A program made the position numbers and the translations under genes. Below, one piece after another: positions 1 to 10,696 of a stretch of DNA of 64,000 nucleotides. This DNA is from Rebecca billardiae RCC1528 (Eukaryota > Protista > Haptophyta), in NCBI GenBank assembly GCA_965240325.2, contig OZ251242.1:1240001-1304000 (forward strand). Direction: 5' to 3'. Numbering within the stretch: the stretch's first letter is position 1; the number at the start of each line of letters is the position of its first letter. The notes below the pieces were generated by a model. That model was not told the origin of the DNA. It ran no database searches and worked only from the letters and a program-made list of their open reading frames with translations.

Positions 1-574
1 CCTGCTGCTTGCTCGCGCCGGTCGAGATGGCGGCGTTCGTGAGGCGCGTGACGCCGATCAGAGTCTGGAGCTCGGTCTCGAGGCTGGCGCGCGCGCCCTC
101 GAGGCTCTCGCCCAGCTCGGGCGGGAAGGCGAGCGCCACCTGCTGCATGGGCAGCAGCATCGTCCGCGCGAGCTGCGACGGCTGCCCCTGCGCGTTTGCG
201 TTGGTCGTCTGCAGCAGCTTTGGAAGGTCCGGCCAGTTGGACACGTCGCCGATCTGCTCCTTGAGCTCGAAGAGGAAGTAGTCGCCGGCGAACTGGAGGG
301 CGGGGCGGAACTGCTTGTACGCGCGCACCGACTGCGGCGGCAGCTCGCCAAAGTCGTCGCCCTCGGGCAGCGCCGGCGCGGCGAGCGCGCTACGCCTCGG
401 GAGCGCGCAGCCGAGGCCGAGCGCCGCGCCCGTCGTGAGCGCGGACCGTCGCGTGCGCGCGGGCGGGGCCGGATGGGGCGAGCGCGCGCGCGGCGCGCCC
501 GTGCGCACGGCCGCCACTTGCGCGGCGGGCACCAGCGCCGCGACGAGCGCGACGAGCGCGAGCCGGCGGCACAT
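1..574 (-). CDS. Plastid, probably thylakoid-lumen, targeted protein; 3' end runs off the window
   Basis: Hand-translated frame from ATG at 574, absent from the ORF track because no stop lies in the window: MCRRLALVALVAALVPAAQVAA (signal peptide), Arg/Pro/Ala transit, TRRSALTTGAALGLG (twin-Arg-like), then mature ...GELPPQSVRAYKQFRPALQFAGDYFLFELKEQIGDVSNWPDLPKLLQ... Confidence 0.65.
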   Translation of the reverse strand, partial: MCRRLALVALVAALVPAAQVAAVRTGAPRARSPHPAPPARTRRSALTTGAALGLGCALPRRSALAAPALPEGDDFGELPPQSVRAYKQFRPALQFAGDYFLFELKEQIGDVSNWPDLPKLLQTTNANAQGQPSQLARTMLLPMQQVALAFPPELGESLEGARASLETELQTLIGVTRLTNAAISTGASKQQ

Positions 575-749
575 CGCGCGGGCTTCGGCGGCGCGGACGG
601 GTGAGTCCTGATTGATGAGCCGCCCGCGTGCGCGGGTATTAACTGCTTACTCAGTATACCTGTATGCCTGAGCTGTGTGCGTCTCTTATTCTTATTATTA
701 GTAAACTGTACAGGCAAGGGGCTCGTTGTAAGCCCCTTGGTCCGAGCGG

Positions 750-1766
750 TCAGGCCGGACCGCGGCGCAGCATCGCACGCAGCTCGCGCGGGACACTTGC
801 GTCCTCGTCCAGCGCGCGGCGCAGCACCGGGTAGTTGTACACCATCGCGCGGTGTGATCTCGGCTTGGGCCGCTTGCCCGCGCCCAGAGACAGCACGCTC
901 CACACGAGCGCCTCGGGCACGGGGTGGCCGAGCGCGAACATGAGGCGGCGGAACGCGGCGACGCTGAGCGGCATCAGCTCAGGCGAGTGCCCCGAGAGCG
1001 CGAGCTCCTCGTAGCTCACCGGAAGGATCGGCGCGGGCCCGAGCCCGGCCGCCTCGAGCACGTACCCGAAATTGGGCGCATTGGCCCCGCTGGATACTCG
1101 GTCCTTCAAAAGCTGCACAAAGCGGGGGACGTCCGTCAGCTTGACGGCGAGGGTGGCCGCGCTGGTCCAGGGGTCATTGCGCCGCGCGAAGCACTTGGTT
1201 GCCTGCGTCCCGTTCGCCACGTACACGTTGACGCCCGTGCGCGTGTCGAAGCAGTCCTTCACCGCGCACAGCGTGCGGTCGATCGTGTTGGAGTGAAACG
1301 TGAAAGCGACGCGCGCGCCGAGCGCGGCCAGCGTGGGCGAGATGTCGAGGACCTTGGACACGGGCTTGCCCTTGGCGAAGAGCGTGCTGTTCGTCGCGGT
1401 GCAGCGCGCGTGGAGGTTGCGGAAGCTCTGCTGCCCGTCGTCCGTGCTGGCCCAGTGAGGGTTGCACGCTTTCCTGTGGAGCACCTCGTCGCAGCGCGGC
1501 AACTCGCACAGCCGGACGCCTGCCTGCGTCAGCAGCTGCCTCAGCACGGACATGGTCCAGGTCGAGCCGGTGCAGCCGTCCGAGACGAGCAGGAGCGGAG
1601 CGCGCGGCTGGAGCGCCGCATGGGAGCGTCCCGGGCCGGCGTGCGACGCCCCAGACGACTGGTCCGCTGGTGCGGTTGAGCTCGGAAGCGTGGGCTCTGC
1701 CATCATGCCTGGACACGCGGCAAGAAGCAGCAGCCGCGTGACTAGGCTTGCCCACCGGCACTTCAT
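750..1766 (-). CDS. Secretory-pathway sulfotransferase-like (P-loop, Stf0/Sulfotransfer-type) protein, copy 1
   Basis: Signal/anchor MKCRWASLVTRLLLLAACPG; LLLVSDGCTGSTW resembles a 5'-PSB loop; YEEL motif; intronless; paralog at 6123-7208. Confidence 0.6.
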   Translation of the reverse strand: MKCRWASLVTRLLLLAACPGMMAEPTLPSSTAPADQSSGASHAGPGRSHAALQPRAPLLLVSDGCTGSTWTMSVLRQLLTQAGVRLCELPRCDEVLHRKACNPHWASTDDGQQSFRNLHARCTATNSTLFAKGKPVSKVLDISPTLAALGARVAFTFHSNTIDRTLCAVKDCFDTRTGVNVYVANGTQATKCFARRNDPWTSAATLAVKLTDVPRFVQLLKDRVSSGANAPNFGYVLEAAGLGPAPILPVSYEELALSGHSPELMPLSVAAFRRLMFALGHPVPEALVWSVLSLGAGKRPKPRSHRAMVYNYPVLRRALDEDASVPRELRAMLRRGPA

Positions 1767-1957
1767 CAAGCGCTTTGGCAAGTATATGGTATAAGAAAAA
1801 CGGTGACACGCGCGGACGCGCCATCCTTCATCCGGCACACGACCAGCGGAAGTGAGCGCACGAATTCATAACGGAGAGGACCGCTGAGGCAAGGGAGTCA
1901 AGGGTGCCCGCGCCCCGGTGGCGCGCTCGGCGGATGTTGGGATACACCTTTGGGCCC

Positions 1958-2566
1958 TATGGAGCGCTCGTTGGAACTTGAGCGGGGGTGGAACTTGACA
2001 CCGCATTTCCCAGCGAAGTGCCCCATCTCGGCGGGGCTGGCACGGTCGGCACACGCTCCTGAGCGCTCGCTTTGCGGTGCGGCAGGCCTTGGGCAGCCCA
2101 GACAGACATGCCGCGACCGAATTACCGGGCCATGCGCGCACCACACCCGCGCTACATGGCCTACGCGCTGGACGACTGAGAGGCAACGCCGAACCACTGC
2201 ATTCCACTGCCCGGCATGCACCCCGAGTCACCTTCAGAGGGCGTCGACGAGCGCAGAGCGGGTGCGTGGGAGTTCGACCAACTCGTGTACCTTCTTGCAA
2301 GCACCAGCGGCGAGGTCGCAAGCCGAACCTTGACCAGCCGTGGAACTTGAGCTGGTCGGCAGCAAAACCACCGTTCAACCCGGATCAAGTTAGCAGCGTG
2401 CGAGAAGGGAGCGCGGTGCGCGTCCGCGGCTGGCGAGAGGCGTCCGGACCGTACCGTTCTCGGCCGCGCCCGCGCGCTTCCCGCCGCCGCGGGCCCCGTG
2501 TACGCCCGTCGTCGCCCTCGCCGCGCGGGCGCCAAACCGGCGTCAAGTTCCAACGAGCGCTCCATA
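1958..2566. mobile_element. MITE with 24-bp perfect TIRs and an apparent 13-bp TSD, nested in the left arm of the outer element
   Basis: TATGGAGCGCTCGTTGGAACTTGA (1958-1981) and its reverse complement (2543-2566); flanks CACCTTTGGGCCC (1945-1957) and CACCTTTTTGCCC (2567-2579); the right arm (~3552-3566) has a single copy, i.e. the empty site. Confidence 0.8.
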
Positions 2567-3620
2567 CACCTTTTTGCCCGCGGCCCTGCGGCGGCGGCGG
2601 CGGTGGCGTGCTCCGCTGGCGGGGCGAGCGCACGGGGCACGGCGCTGCGGGCGCGGATGTGCCCGCGAAGCCGGCGCGTGCGGACGGGCTGTTGCGGGAG
2701 AGTATCAGGCGCCCTCCTGCGACGCGCGACTTGCGCCACGCCTCTTTCGCCTCGGCTCAGAGCAGCGCGCACGCACGCGCCGCCTCAAGGCCAGCCTTGC
2801 CGCGCCGCAGCCGACCGCGCGCGCGCCGTGCGCGGCGTGGTCGGGAAGGAACGGGCGCTGCTGCCGGGCGAGATGGCGACATCATGGGCGCACGCCATGC
2901 CGCCCCGCGGCGCCGCGAAAGAGCACGAGAACGGATCCGCACAGCTGTTGACGAGTGCTGATTTCTTGCCGTGCCTGAAGCCAGACCTGAGCTCGAAGAA
3001 GATGATGAAAGAGCATCAGCGCGAGGAAAGCGTCGCACCCAGCACTTCTACATGACCACGCGGTGATGAACATTCATGTAAGAGTAGCCCGCGTGCCCGT
3101 CTGGCACTGTTCTGTGTCTCAATGATCGTCCCGACAACGGTCACGACCGCGAGGCAGTGCACACCATTTGTGACAAGTCGAAAAGGCGTGCAAACGGACC
3201 GACGACACTCTCGTCAAGGCGTGGCGGGGCGGCATGGCGTGCGCCTATGACGTCGCCATCTCGCCCGGCAGCAGCGCCCGTTCCTTCCCGACCACGCCGC
3301 GCACGGCGCGCGCGCGGTCGGCTGCGGCGCGGCAAGGCTGGCCTTGAGGCGGCGCGTGCGTGCGCGCTGCTCTGAGCCGAGGCGAAAGAGGCGTGGCGCA
3401 AGTCGCGCGTCGCAGGAGGGCGCCAGATGCTCTCCCGCAACAGCCCGTCCGCACGCGCCGGCTTCGCGGGCACATCCGCGCCCGCAGCGCCGTGCCCCGT
3501 GCGCTCGCCCCGCCAGCGGAGCACGCCACCGCCGCCGCCGCCGCAGGGCCGCGGGCAAAAAGGTGTATCCCAACATCCGCCGAGCGCGCCACTGGGGCGC
3601 GGGCACCCTTGACTCCCTTG

Positions 3621-5163
3621 GCTGAGGGACCCTGGCGAGGCTTACGCCGGTCGCCAGTGAAAACCTCAGCCGCGCAGCGAGATCATACGGAGTTGACTGC
3701 GAGATCGCGCTTTCGAGGCGGCGGGCCGGCGGCGGCGGGCGGGAGCGCGCGCCGGCGCTCTCGCGCGCGCTCGCTGCCCGCAGCGCGCGCGACAGGTCGT
3801 CGCGAGCGCGTGCACACCGGCGCTAGGGTAAATGTCACCTGCGCCCGCCGCTGGCTCGCGCCTGCGCGCTCTCCTCCGCCGGCTGCGGCCCTTGCGAGCG
3901 CTCGCTGTGTCCCGCGCCGGTTCCAAGGAGTCGCGGAAGCATGGTTGCGCGGCCAGCGAAGTGCGGCGTTTGCGGCTTCGCGCGCGCGGGCGCGACGCAG
4001 CGAATGGCTCGCGTGAGCTGACCACCCAGTACCGCTCGCCGCGTGCGACACGTTCCGACCGTCTGCCCCGCGCTCGACGACGAGGAGCGCTGCTCGGACA
4101 CCGTGCTTGGTAGACCGGGGTCGGCGCTCGGCAGCCGCGCGTCGTCGCGCAGAAGAGGCCGCGCGTGGCCACCGCAGCTGCAGTGAAATGTGGCCTAGAT
4201 CCAAATCGTGTCATGAGTTGCGGAAGAACGCGTGCCTCGCCTCAGCGGTCACTGTTGCCCGTGCATGGCGCGCGGCACGCAAGTTGTCTTCACAGAAAGT
4301 GTCCCGAGATCACGCGCCGCCACCGATCGTAGCGGCGTGAGCCGTTGCGCGGAAGAGCTGCGCTCAAGAGCCTCGTGCATGTGTCCTCCGCGCGCTACCA
4401 GAGCCACTCCATCGAGTGCTTTAAGTCGCCTACCGATGGAGTACGATTGGTTCTAAGTTCAAGGCCACTGCCAACAGCACGAGCAGATGTGTGGCCTGGA
4501 GCTCATATCGAGTCGCTCGATCTTGAGTTCGGCGTGATCGCTGAGGCGAGGCACGCGTTCTTCCGCAACTCATGACACGATTTGGATCTAGGCCACATTT
4601 CACTGCAGCTGCGGCGGCCACGCGCGGCCTCTTCTGCGCGACGACGCGCGGCTGCCGAGCGCCGACCCGTCTACCAAGCACGGTGTCCGAGCAGCGCTCC
4701 TCGTCGTCGAGCGCGGGGCAGACGGTCGGAACGTGTCGCACGCGGCGAGCGGTACTGGGTGGTCAGCTCACGCGAGCCATTCGCTGCGTCGCGCCCGCGC
4801 GCGCGAAGCCGCAAACGCCGCACTTCGCTGGCCGCGCAACCATGCTTCCGCGACTCCTTGGAACCGGCGCGGGACACAGCGAGCGCTCGCAAGGGCCGCA
4901 GCCGGCGGAGGAGAGCGCGCAGGCGCGAGCCAGCGGCGGGCGCAGGTGACATTTACCCTAGCGCCGGTGTGCACGCGCTCGCGACGACCTGTCGCGCGCG
5001 CTGCGGGCAGCGAGCGCGCGCGAGAGCGCCGGCGCGCGCTCCCGCCCGCCGCCGCCGGCCCGCCGCCTCGAAAGCGCGATCTCGCAGTCAACTCCGTATG
5101 ATCTCGCTGCGCGGCTGAGGTTTTCACTGGCGACCGGCGTAAGCCTCGCCAGGGTCCCTCAGC
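3621..5163. mobile_element. Foldback element with ~630-bp inverted arms nested in the right arm of the outer element
   Basis: 3621-~4250 is the near-perfect reverse complement of ~4535-5163, with a ~285-bp spacer; empty site visible at 1883-1889. Confidence 0.85.
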
Positions 5164-6122
5164 GGTCCTCTCCGTTATGAGAATGGCACGATGGCTGCGC
5201 CGCCGCCGCCGCTGCGGGGGGGTGGCGGTAGGCCGGGCGTGATTGCTCGTGCGCGCAACGCTGACGCGCCTTCGCCGCCATTCCTCCGCGCCATTCTCGC
5301 CAGCTTGGCCGGCGCGGGTGCCGGCCAGGTGCTTGGCAGTGCGGTCGGGGGCTCCGCCCGCGGCCGCGCGCCGGAGCGAGTGACGGTCCTCTCCGTGCCC
5401 ACGGCCTGCACGCGGCACGAGCCGATATGCCGCAACGGTTGGCGCCCGAGGGCCCACCAAGGGATCGCGTGCACTCTGCCAGGCGGAACCCAGGCCAACC
5501 CACGACGCGGGGCTTTGGACCCCGAGTCCACGGGTGTTTGGCCCCCGGGCTCGCGTCATCCGTAGCCTGCGCCGCCGCGGTGGCCGATCACGTTCCCGTG
5601 ACCGGTTTCAGCATTCTCGGGGCCCCGCTTATACGGCTGTTAAGACTCTGAGCAGAGCGGCGGTGATGAGCATGCAGCACAGTACGCTGTGCGATAGCGC
5701 AGAGCCAGCAGGGGCTTATTGGTCAGCAGAGCCATCATAATCAAGGGCCGCCCTGCTCAGGGTTGACACTGCGGCCACACTGGCCACTGGCCACTGCCAC
5801 TGGGCCAGTGCGGCAGTGGGCCGCGCTCGGCGGATCGTGACGAACCCGACTACCCGTGCGGCACTTCTGACTTCAAGACTATAGCTTATCACTTGGCAAG
5901 AGTAGACAGTACTCAGTAGTCGTCATCGCGACGTTAGAGAGTCTTATAGAGTCGAGACACTGCGGCAGCCCGCGCAGCATGCATATCCCTGCATGGATGC
6001 ATGAGACTGCCACCAGTGGGTCCTAGTCAATTGGCTGACGTCCGCTGACGACGTCATGACTGATGACGTCCACGGCAACGTGCGCCGCGCGCAGCGTCCG
6101 GCGCGCTCAGCAGTCCGAGCGG

Positions 6123-7208
6123 TCAGGCCGGACCGCGGCGCAGCATCGCACGCAGCTCGCGCGGGACACTTGCGTCCTCGTCCAGCGCGCGGCGCAGCAC
6201 CGGGTAGTTGTACACCATCGCGCGGTGTGATCTCGGCTTGGGCCGCTTGCCCGCGCCCAGAGACAGCACGCTCCACACGAGCGCCTCGGGCACGGGGTGG
6301 CCGAGCGCGAACATGAGGCGGCGGAACGCGGCGACGCTGAGCGGCATCAGCTCGGGGGAGTGCCCCGAGAGCGCGAGCTCCTCGTAGCTCGTCGGAATGA
6401 TCGGCGCGGGCCCGAGCCCGGCCGCCTCGAGCATGTACCCGGAATCGGGCCCGCCGACTGTGTCCCCCGCTGCCGAGCGGACCCGCGTCAAATGCCGCAC
6501 AAAGCGGGGGACGTCCGTCAGCTTGACGGCGAGGGTGGCCGCGCTGGTCCAGGGGTCCTTGCGCCGCGCGAAGCACTTGGTTGCCTGCGTCCCGTTCGCC
6601 ACGTACACGTTGACGCCCGAGAGCGTGTCGAAGCAGTCCGCCACCGCGCACAGCGTGCGGTCGATCTTGTTGGAGCGAAACGTGAAAGCGACGCGCGCGT
6701 CGAGCGCGGCCAGCGTGGGCGCGGCGTCGACGACCTTGGACACGGGCTTGCCCTTGGCGAAGAGCGTGCTGTTCGTCGCGGTGCAGTGCGCGTGGAGGTT
6801 GCGGAAGCCCTGCTGCCGGTCGTCCGTGCTGGCCCAGTGAGGGTTGCACGCTTTCCTGTCGAGCACCTCGATGCAGCGGCTTCGGCCCGGCCAATCGCAC
6901 AACCGGACGCCTGCCTGCGTGAGCAGCTGCGTCAGCACGTTCATGATCCAGGTCGAGCCGGAGCAGCCGTCCGAGACGAGCAGGAGCGGAGCGCGCGGCT
7001 GGAGCGCCGCATGGGAGCTTCCCGGCCCGGCGGCATGCGCCCACGGCGCGTTCCACCCCCGGGCGGCCTGCGACGCGCCAGACGACTGGTGCGCGTGAGC
7101 TCGGAAGCGTGACTCTGCCCTCAAGCCGGGACACGCGGCGAGAAGCAGCAGCCGCGCGACTAGGCTTCCCCGCCGGCATGTGTTCGAGAAGTGCGCGCGC
7201 ACCGCCAT
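6123..7208 (-). CDS. Sulfotransferase-like protein, copy 2
   Basis: Near-identical to 750-1766 (LLLVSDGCSGSTW, FRSNKIDR, YEEL); in-frame ATG at 7208. Confidence 0.6.
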   Translation of the reverse strand: MAVRAHFSNTCRRGSLVARLLLLAACPGLRAESRFRAHAHQSSGASQAARGWNAPWAHAAGPGSSHAALQPRAPLLLVSDGCSGSTWIMNVLTQLLTQAGVRLCDWPGRSRCIEVLDRKACNPHWASTDDRQQGFRNLHAHCTATNSTLFAKGKPVSKVVDAAPTLAALDARVAFTFRSNKIDRTLCAVADCFDTLSGVNVYVANGTQATKCFARRKDPWTSAATLAVKLTDVPRFVRHLTRVRSAAGDTVGGPDSGYMLEAAGLGPAPIIPTSYEELALSGHSPELMPLSVAAFRRLMFALGHPVPEALVWSVLSLGAGKRPKPRSHRAMVYNYPVLRRALDEDASVPRELRAMLRRGPA

Positions 7209-7305
7209 TGCCCTGCAGCCCTGCGGCAAGGTGAGGCCGCGGCAGGCAGGTCACCTCACCTCGGCGCATGGCGGCGCTGGCACCGCGCGGCGCCGCTTTG
7301 GATGC

Positions 7306-9825
7306 ATGCGTGGCCGCTGCCTCCTCGTGAGCAGCTCGGCGCTCGGGCTGCTCCTGCTGCTCGCCTCGCTCAGCCGAGTGCGCCGCTACGATGCGCGCGT
7401 CCGCGCGCTGCCGAGCGCTCCGGATCCCGCCGGCCGCGCCGGCGGCAGCTCGGCCGCGTACAGGGAGTGCGCGCTGGACTGCGGCAACTTCACGTGCAAC
7501 CGGATGCTCGGCGAGTGCGCGTGCCCGCCCGACCGCGGTGGCGCGCGGTGCGCCGAGCTGCTCTTCGACGCGTGCGCCGTGCAGTGGAATTTCTCGCTCG
7601 CCGACTCGCCGGACCTGTGCGCGCGCGCGCGCTCGGCAGCGCCCGCCTGGCCGGTCACGTGCGAGTGCGCCGCGCAGTGCGAGGCGGGCGTGGGGTACAC
7701 GGGGTATGAGCTGTGCGTCGACGCGCGCCCGCCTTCGGCCGCGCCGCCGCGCCACACCTTCCGCGAGCGCTCGCGCCCGGTCGTGCTCTTCGAGCCCGAG
7801 ATCGTCGAGCGCGTGCGCGCGGCGGCGCGCGGCTCGCTCGCGCGCGCCGAGTGCAGCGGGCGTGGACTCCTGATGGCGCCGCTGCCGCCGTTCGAGCTGA
7901 TGCGCAAGGTGCGCCGGCTCGAGCGCCTCGCGGCGGGCGCCGCCGCCAAGCGCGCCGCGCGCGCGAACCGCACGCTCGGCCGCGGCCGCCGCGCGCCCCG
8001 CCCGCTGCCGACGCCTCCAGCCTTGGAGCTGCCCGCTCTGGGGGCAGCCGCGTGCCACTGTGTCCCTGGCTGGCACGGGCCGCGGTGCGAGCGGCGCGAG
8101 AAGCGGCGTTTCTGCCTGAACGGCTGCTCGCGCCGCGGCGCGTGCGTGCACGGCGTGTGCGCGTGCGAGCCCGGCTGGTGGGGCATCGACTGCGCGCTCG
8201 GCGCCTCGAGCGTGGCGGACGGCACAGGCGAGGCGCACGAGGCGCGAGCGCGCGCGAGCGGGCGCGCGCCCTCGCCGCGCGTGTTCGTGTATGAGCTACC
8301 CGGCCGTTTCAACGCGTGGCTGGCGCGGAACCACTACACGCAGCCGTGGGCGTTCAAGACGTTCTACTCCGCCGACGTCGAGCTGCTCTCGCGCCTCACC
8401 GCCTCCCCGCACCGCACGCTCGCGCCCGCGGCGGCCGATTTCTTTTTTATTCCGGCGTGTTTGTCACTGGGGGCCTATGAGCTGGGCTGGGGCCCGGGCG
8501 ACCTGATGCCCGCGGGGATGGCGGCGATCGAGGACGTGCTCGGCTTCGTCAACGGCACGTGGCCGTGGTACGCCGCGGCCGGCGGCGCGGACCACGCCCT
8601 CGCGCTCACGAGCGACCGCGGGGCCGAGGCCTGGCGCGAGAAGCTGGCCGGCTCGGCGGCGGAGGTGGTTGCGGCGTGGCGCGAGCGCGCGGCGCACGGT
8701 GAGGGCCCCGGCGGCGGCGGCGGCGGCGGCGGCGCTGCTGCTTCGGGGAGGAGTCGCGGCGCGGCGTCGGGGGGCGACGACGGGATGGAGGCGCTGCGGA
8801 CGAGCCTCGCGGCGTGGGCCCGCCGCCGCCGCGCCGCGCTCCCGCGCGTGGCTGTGCTCAGCCACCACACAGAGACGCGCGTGTGCACGCGCGAGGTGTG
8901 CGGCGCGGCGCCGCTGCCGGAGGAGGCGAACCGCTGGGGCGCGCGCGTGGCGGCGGCGGTGGACGAGGCGCGCGCGCACGCGGCGCCGCCCTTCGTGCGC
9001 GGCCGCGACCTCGCGCTCGCGCCGCAGCCCGACCTGGACACCATCGGCTGGGAGCGCGGCGCCAAGTGCCGACAGTTCCGCTGCCCCGCCGCCGCCGAGC
9101 GGCTGCCCGCGCGCCCCGGCCCGCTGCTGTTCTGGCGGGGCAAGGTGCTCAGCCGCGTGCCCGCGTACTCGCGCAACGTGCGGCAGCGCGCGAGCACCGC
9201 GCTCGGCGGCGGCGCCGGCGCCGCGCCCAACGGCTCGGCGCGCGGCGCGGTGGTCGTGAGCAGCGCCAAGGGCGAGTACGAGCACCTGCTGCGCGCCGCC
9301 TCGTTCTGCCTCGCGCCCCTCGGGCACGGCTGGGCGCACTACCTCGTCGAGGCGGTGGGGAACGGCTGCATCCCAGTGCTCGTGGCGGACGACAACGACG
9401 CGCCCTTCGAGCCATGGCTGCCGCTCGACGCGTACGGCGTACGCGTGCCCGAGGCGCAGATCGCGGCGCTGCCGCAGCTGCTCCGCGCGATCCCGACCGC
9501 AGAGGTGGAGCGCCGCCGGCGCGCGCTCGCCTGCCTCTGGCCGCGCTTCGTCTTCCTCTCTCTCGACCACTCGGGCGACGGCGTGCCCGACCTGCCTGAG
9601 GCGTGCGTCGCGCTGCGCGCTCGCGACGCGGCCGCGACGGCGCTCGAGGTGCTGCGCGCGCGCGCGCTCGCGCGCGCCGAGAATCGCACGGCCGGCGACG
9701 ACGGCGCGGGCCGCGGCGCGGGCGCGGCGGCGCGCGCCGTGCCACCCGCCGAGGTCGTCCACCGCCACTTCCCAGAGCTGCGCGACCACTGGCCGCCGAG
9801 GCTGCGCGCGGCTGACGCGCGTTGA
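7306..9825 (+). CDS. Exostosin-family (GT47) glycosyltransferase with EGF-like Cys repeats; type II membrane protein
   Basis: N-terminal anchor LLVSSSALGLLLLLASL; EGF-like CHCVPGWHGPRCE and CLNGCSRRGACVHGVCACEPGWWGIDC; GT47 motifs RVFVYELP, ADFFFIP, SFCLAPLGHGW, EAVGNGCIPV. Confidence 0.9.
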   Translation: MRGRCLLVSSSALGLLLLLASLSRVRRYDARVRALPSAPDPAGRAGGSSAAYRECALDCGNFTCNRMLGECACPPDRGGARCAELLFDACAVQWNFSLADSPDLCARARSAAPAWPVTCECAAQCEAGVGYTGYELCVDARPPSAAPPRHTFRERSRPVVLFEPEIVERVRAAARGSLARAECSGRGLLMAPLPPFELMRKVRRLERLAAGAAAKRAARANRTLGRGRRAPRPLPTPPALELPALGAAACHCVPGWHGPRCERREKRRFCLNGCSRRGACVHGVCACEPGWWGIDCALGASSVADGTGEAHEARARASGRAPSPRVFVYELPGRFNAWLARNHYTQPWAFKTFYSADVELLSRLTASPHRTLAPAAADFFFIPACLSLGAYELGWGPGDLMPAGMAAIEDVLGFVNGTWPWYAAAGGADHALALTSDRGAEAWREKLAGSAAEVVAAWRERAAHGEGPGGGGGGGGAAASGRSRGAASGGDDGMEALRTSLAAWARRRRAALPRVAVLSHHTETRVCTREVCGAAPLPEEANRWGARVAAAVDEARAHAAPPFVRGRDLALAPQPDLDTIGWERGAKCRQFRCPAAAERLPARPGPLLFWRGKVLSRVPAYSRNVRQRASTALGGGAGAAPNGSARGAVVVSSAKGEYEHLLRAASFCLAPLGHGWAHYLVEAVGNGCIPVLVADDNDAPFEPWLPLDAYGVRVPEAQIAALPQLLRAIPTAEVERRRRALACLWPRFVFLSLDHSGDGVPDLPEACVALRARDAAATALEVLRARALARAENRTAGDDGAGRGAGAAARAVPPAEVVHRHFPELRDHWPPRLRAADAR

Positions 9826-10696
9826 CAGGCGTAGCATACTTGCCACCATCTGCTCCCGGAGCTCGCGCCGCAGTATACCGAGTCGTACGCGTCGACCTAA
9901 CTGGCACTCGTGCTCGGCGGACTCCGCCTCCGGATTCGTGGCCGCGTCGTAATTAATCGTCGCGGACTCACGGACTGAATTCGCGGTGGATACCCGATTA
10001 CGATGATTGCTGATATATGTCGCGGCGGTCGTCCGGACCGCCAGTCGCGGGCACCCGGTACCCGCGCTCTCCGTCGGCTGCAAGTGCCACGGACATGGGC
10101 AACCTGAACCTCCCGTCTCCGCGGCATCATACGCGCCTGCTATACTAATATACTAATAATATAATATTATTATTATATATATATATTATACGTACAGTAG
10201 TCGCGTATTCACGGCGGATCATGCCGGTCGCGTTGACCGGGATGTCGTCAGCAAGTAGGCAAAGACAGTATATATATATATATGTTTGTAGCAGTCAATA
10301 TCAGACGCGGCCGCCAGCCATCGCTGATCGCACACACGAGTAGTAGTGCCAAACGTGTGCACGCGCCCGCAACACGGCCTCGGAGAGTCTCGGCCGGAGA
10401 GTGCCGGGTTGATGCGCGACACGTCGACCCGCGCGTCGGGTGGCGGCGGCGCGCTCCCGTGTGCGCCTGGGGGCGATGTCGACCAGCTCGTGGCCTAGAC
10501 GCCCACTCATCTTGCCGAGTGCTGGCGCGTGCACACGCACGCACACACACACACACACACACACACAGAGGCTCGAGCAGTGCGGTTGCTTGCCTGCTGC
10601 CTCCATGCACGCCGCCTGGCCCGGCACGGCCGGGCGCAGCCGGCGCGCGCCGGTGCGCGCCCGCCTAGGTGCCGCGCGCGCGGCGCGGGTGCGCGC

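Larger units (their letters stand above)
1866..5180. mobile_element. Outer non-autonomous foldback/TIR element with 4-bp TSD (GAAT); each arm carries a nested insert
   Basis: Ends TCATAACGGAGAGGACC (1866) and GGTCCTCTCCGTTATGA (5180); GAAT at 1862-1865 and 5181-5184; arms 1866-~2908 and ~3224-5180 are inverted copies once the inserts are removed. Confidence 0.8.

Noticed and set aside
5740-5850. CACTGGC-rich short repeats with weak inverted ends
   Set aside because: TIRs are too degenerate and no TSD is visible
9826-10140. CAGGCG...CGCCTG possible MITE ends
   Set aside because: Only a 6-bp match and no TSD
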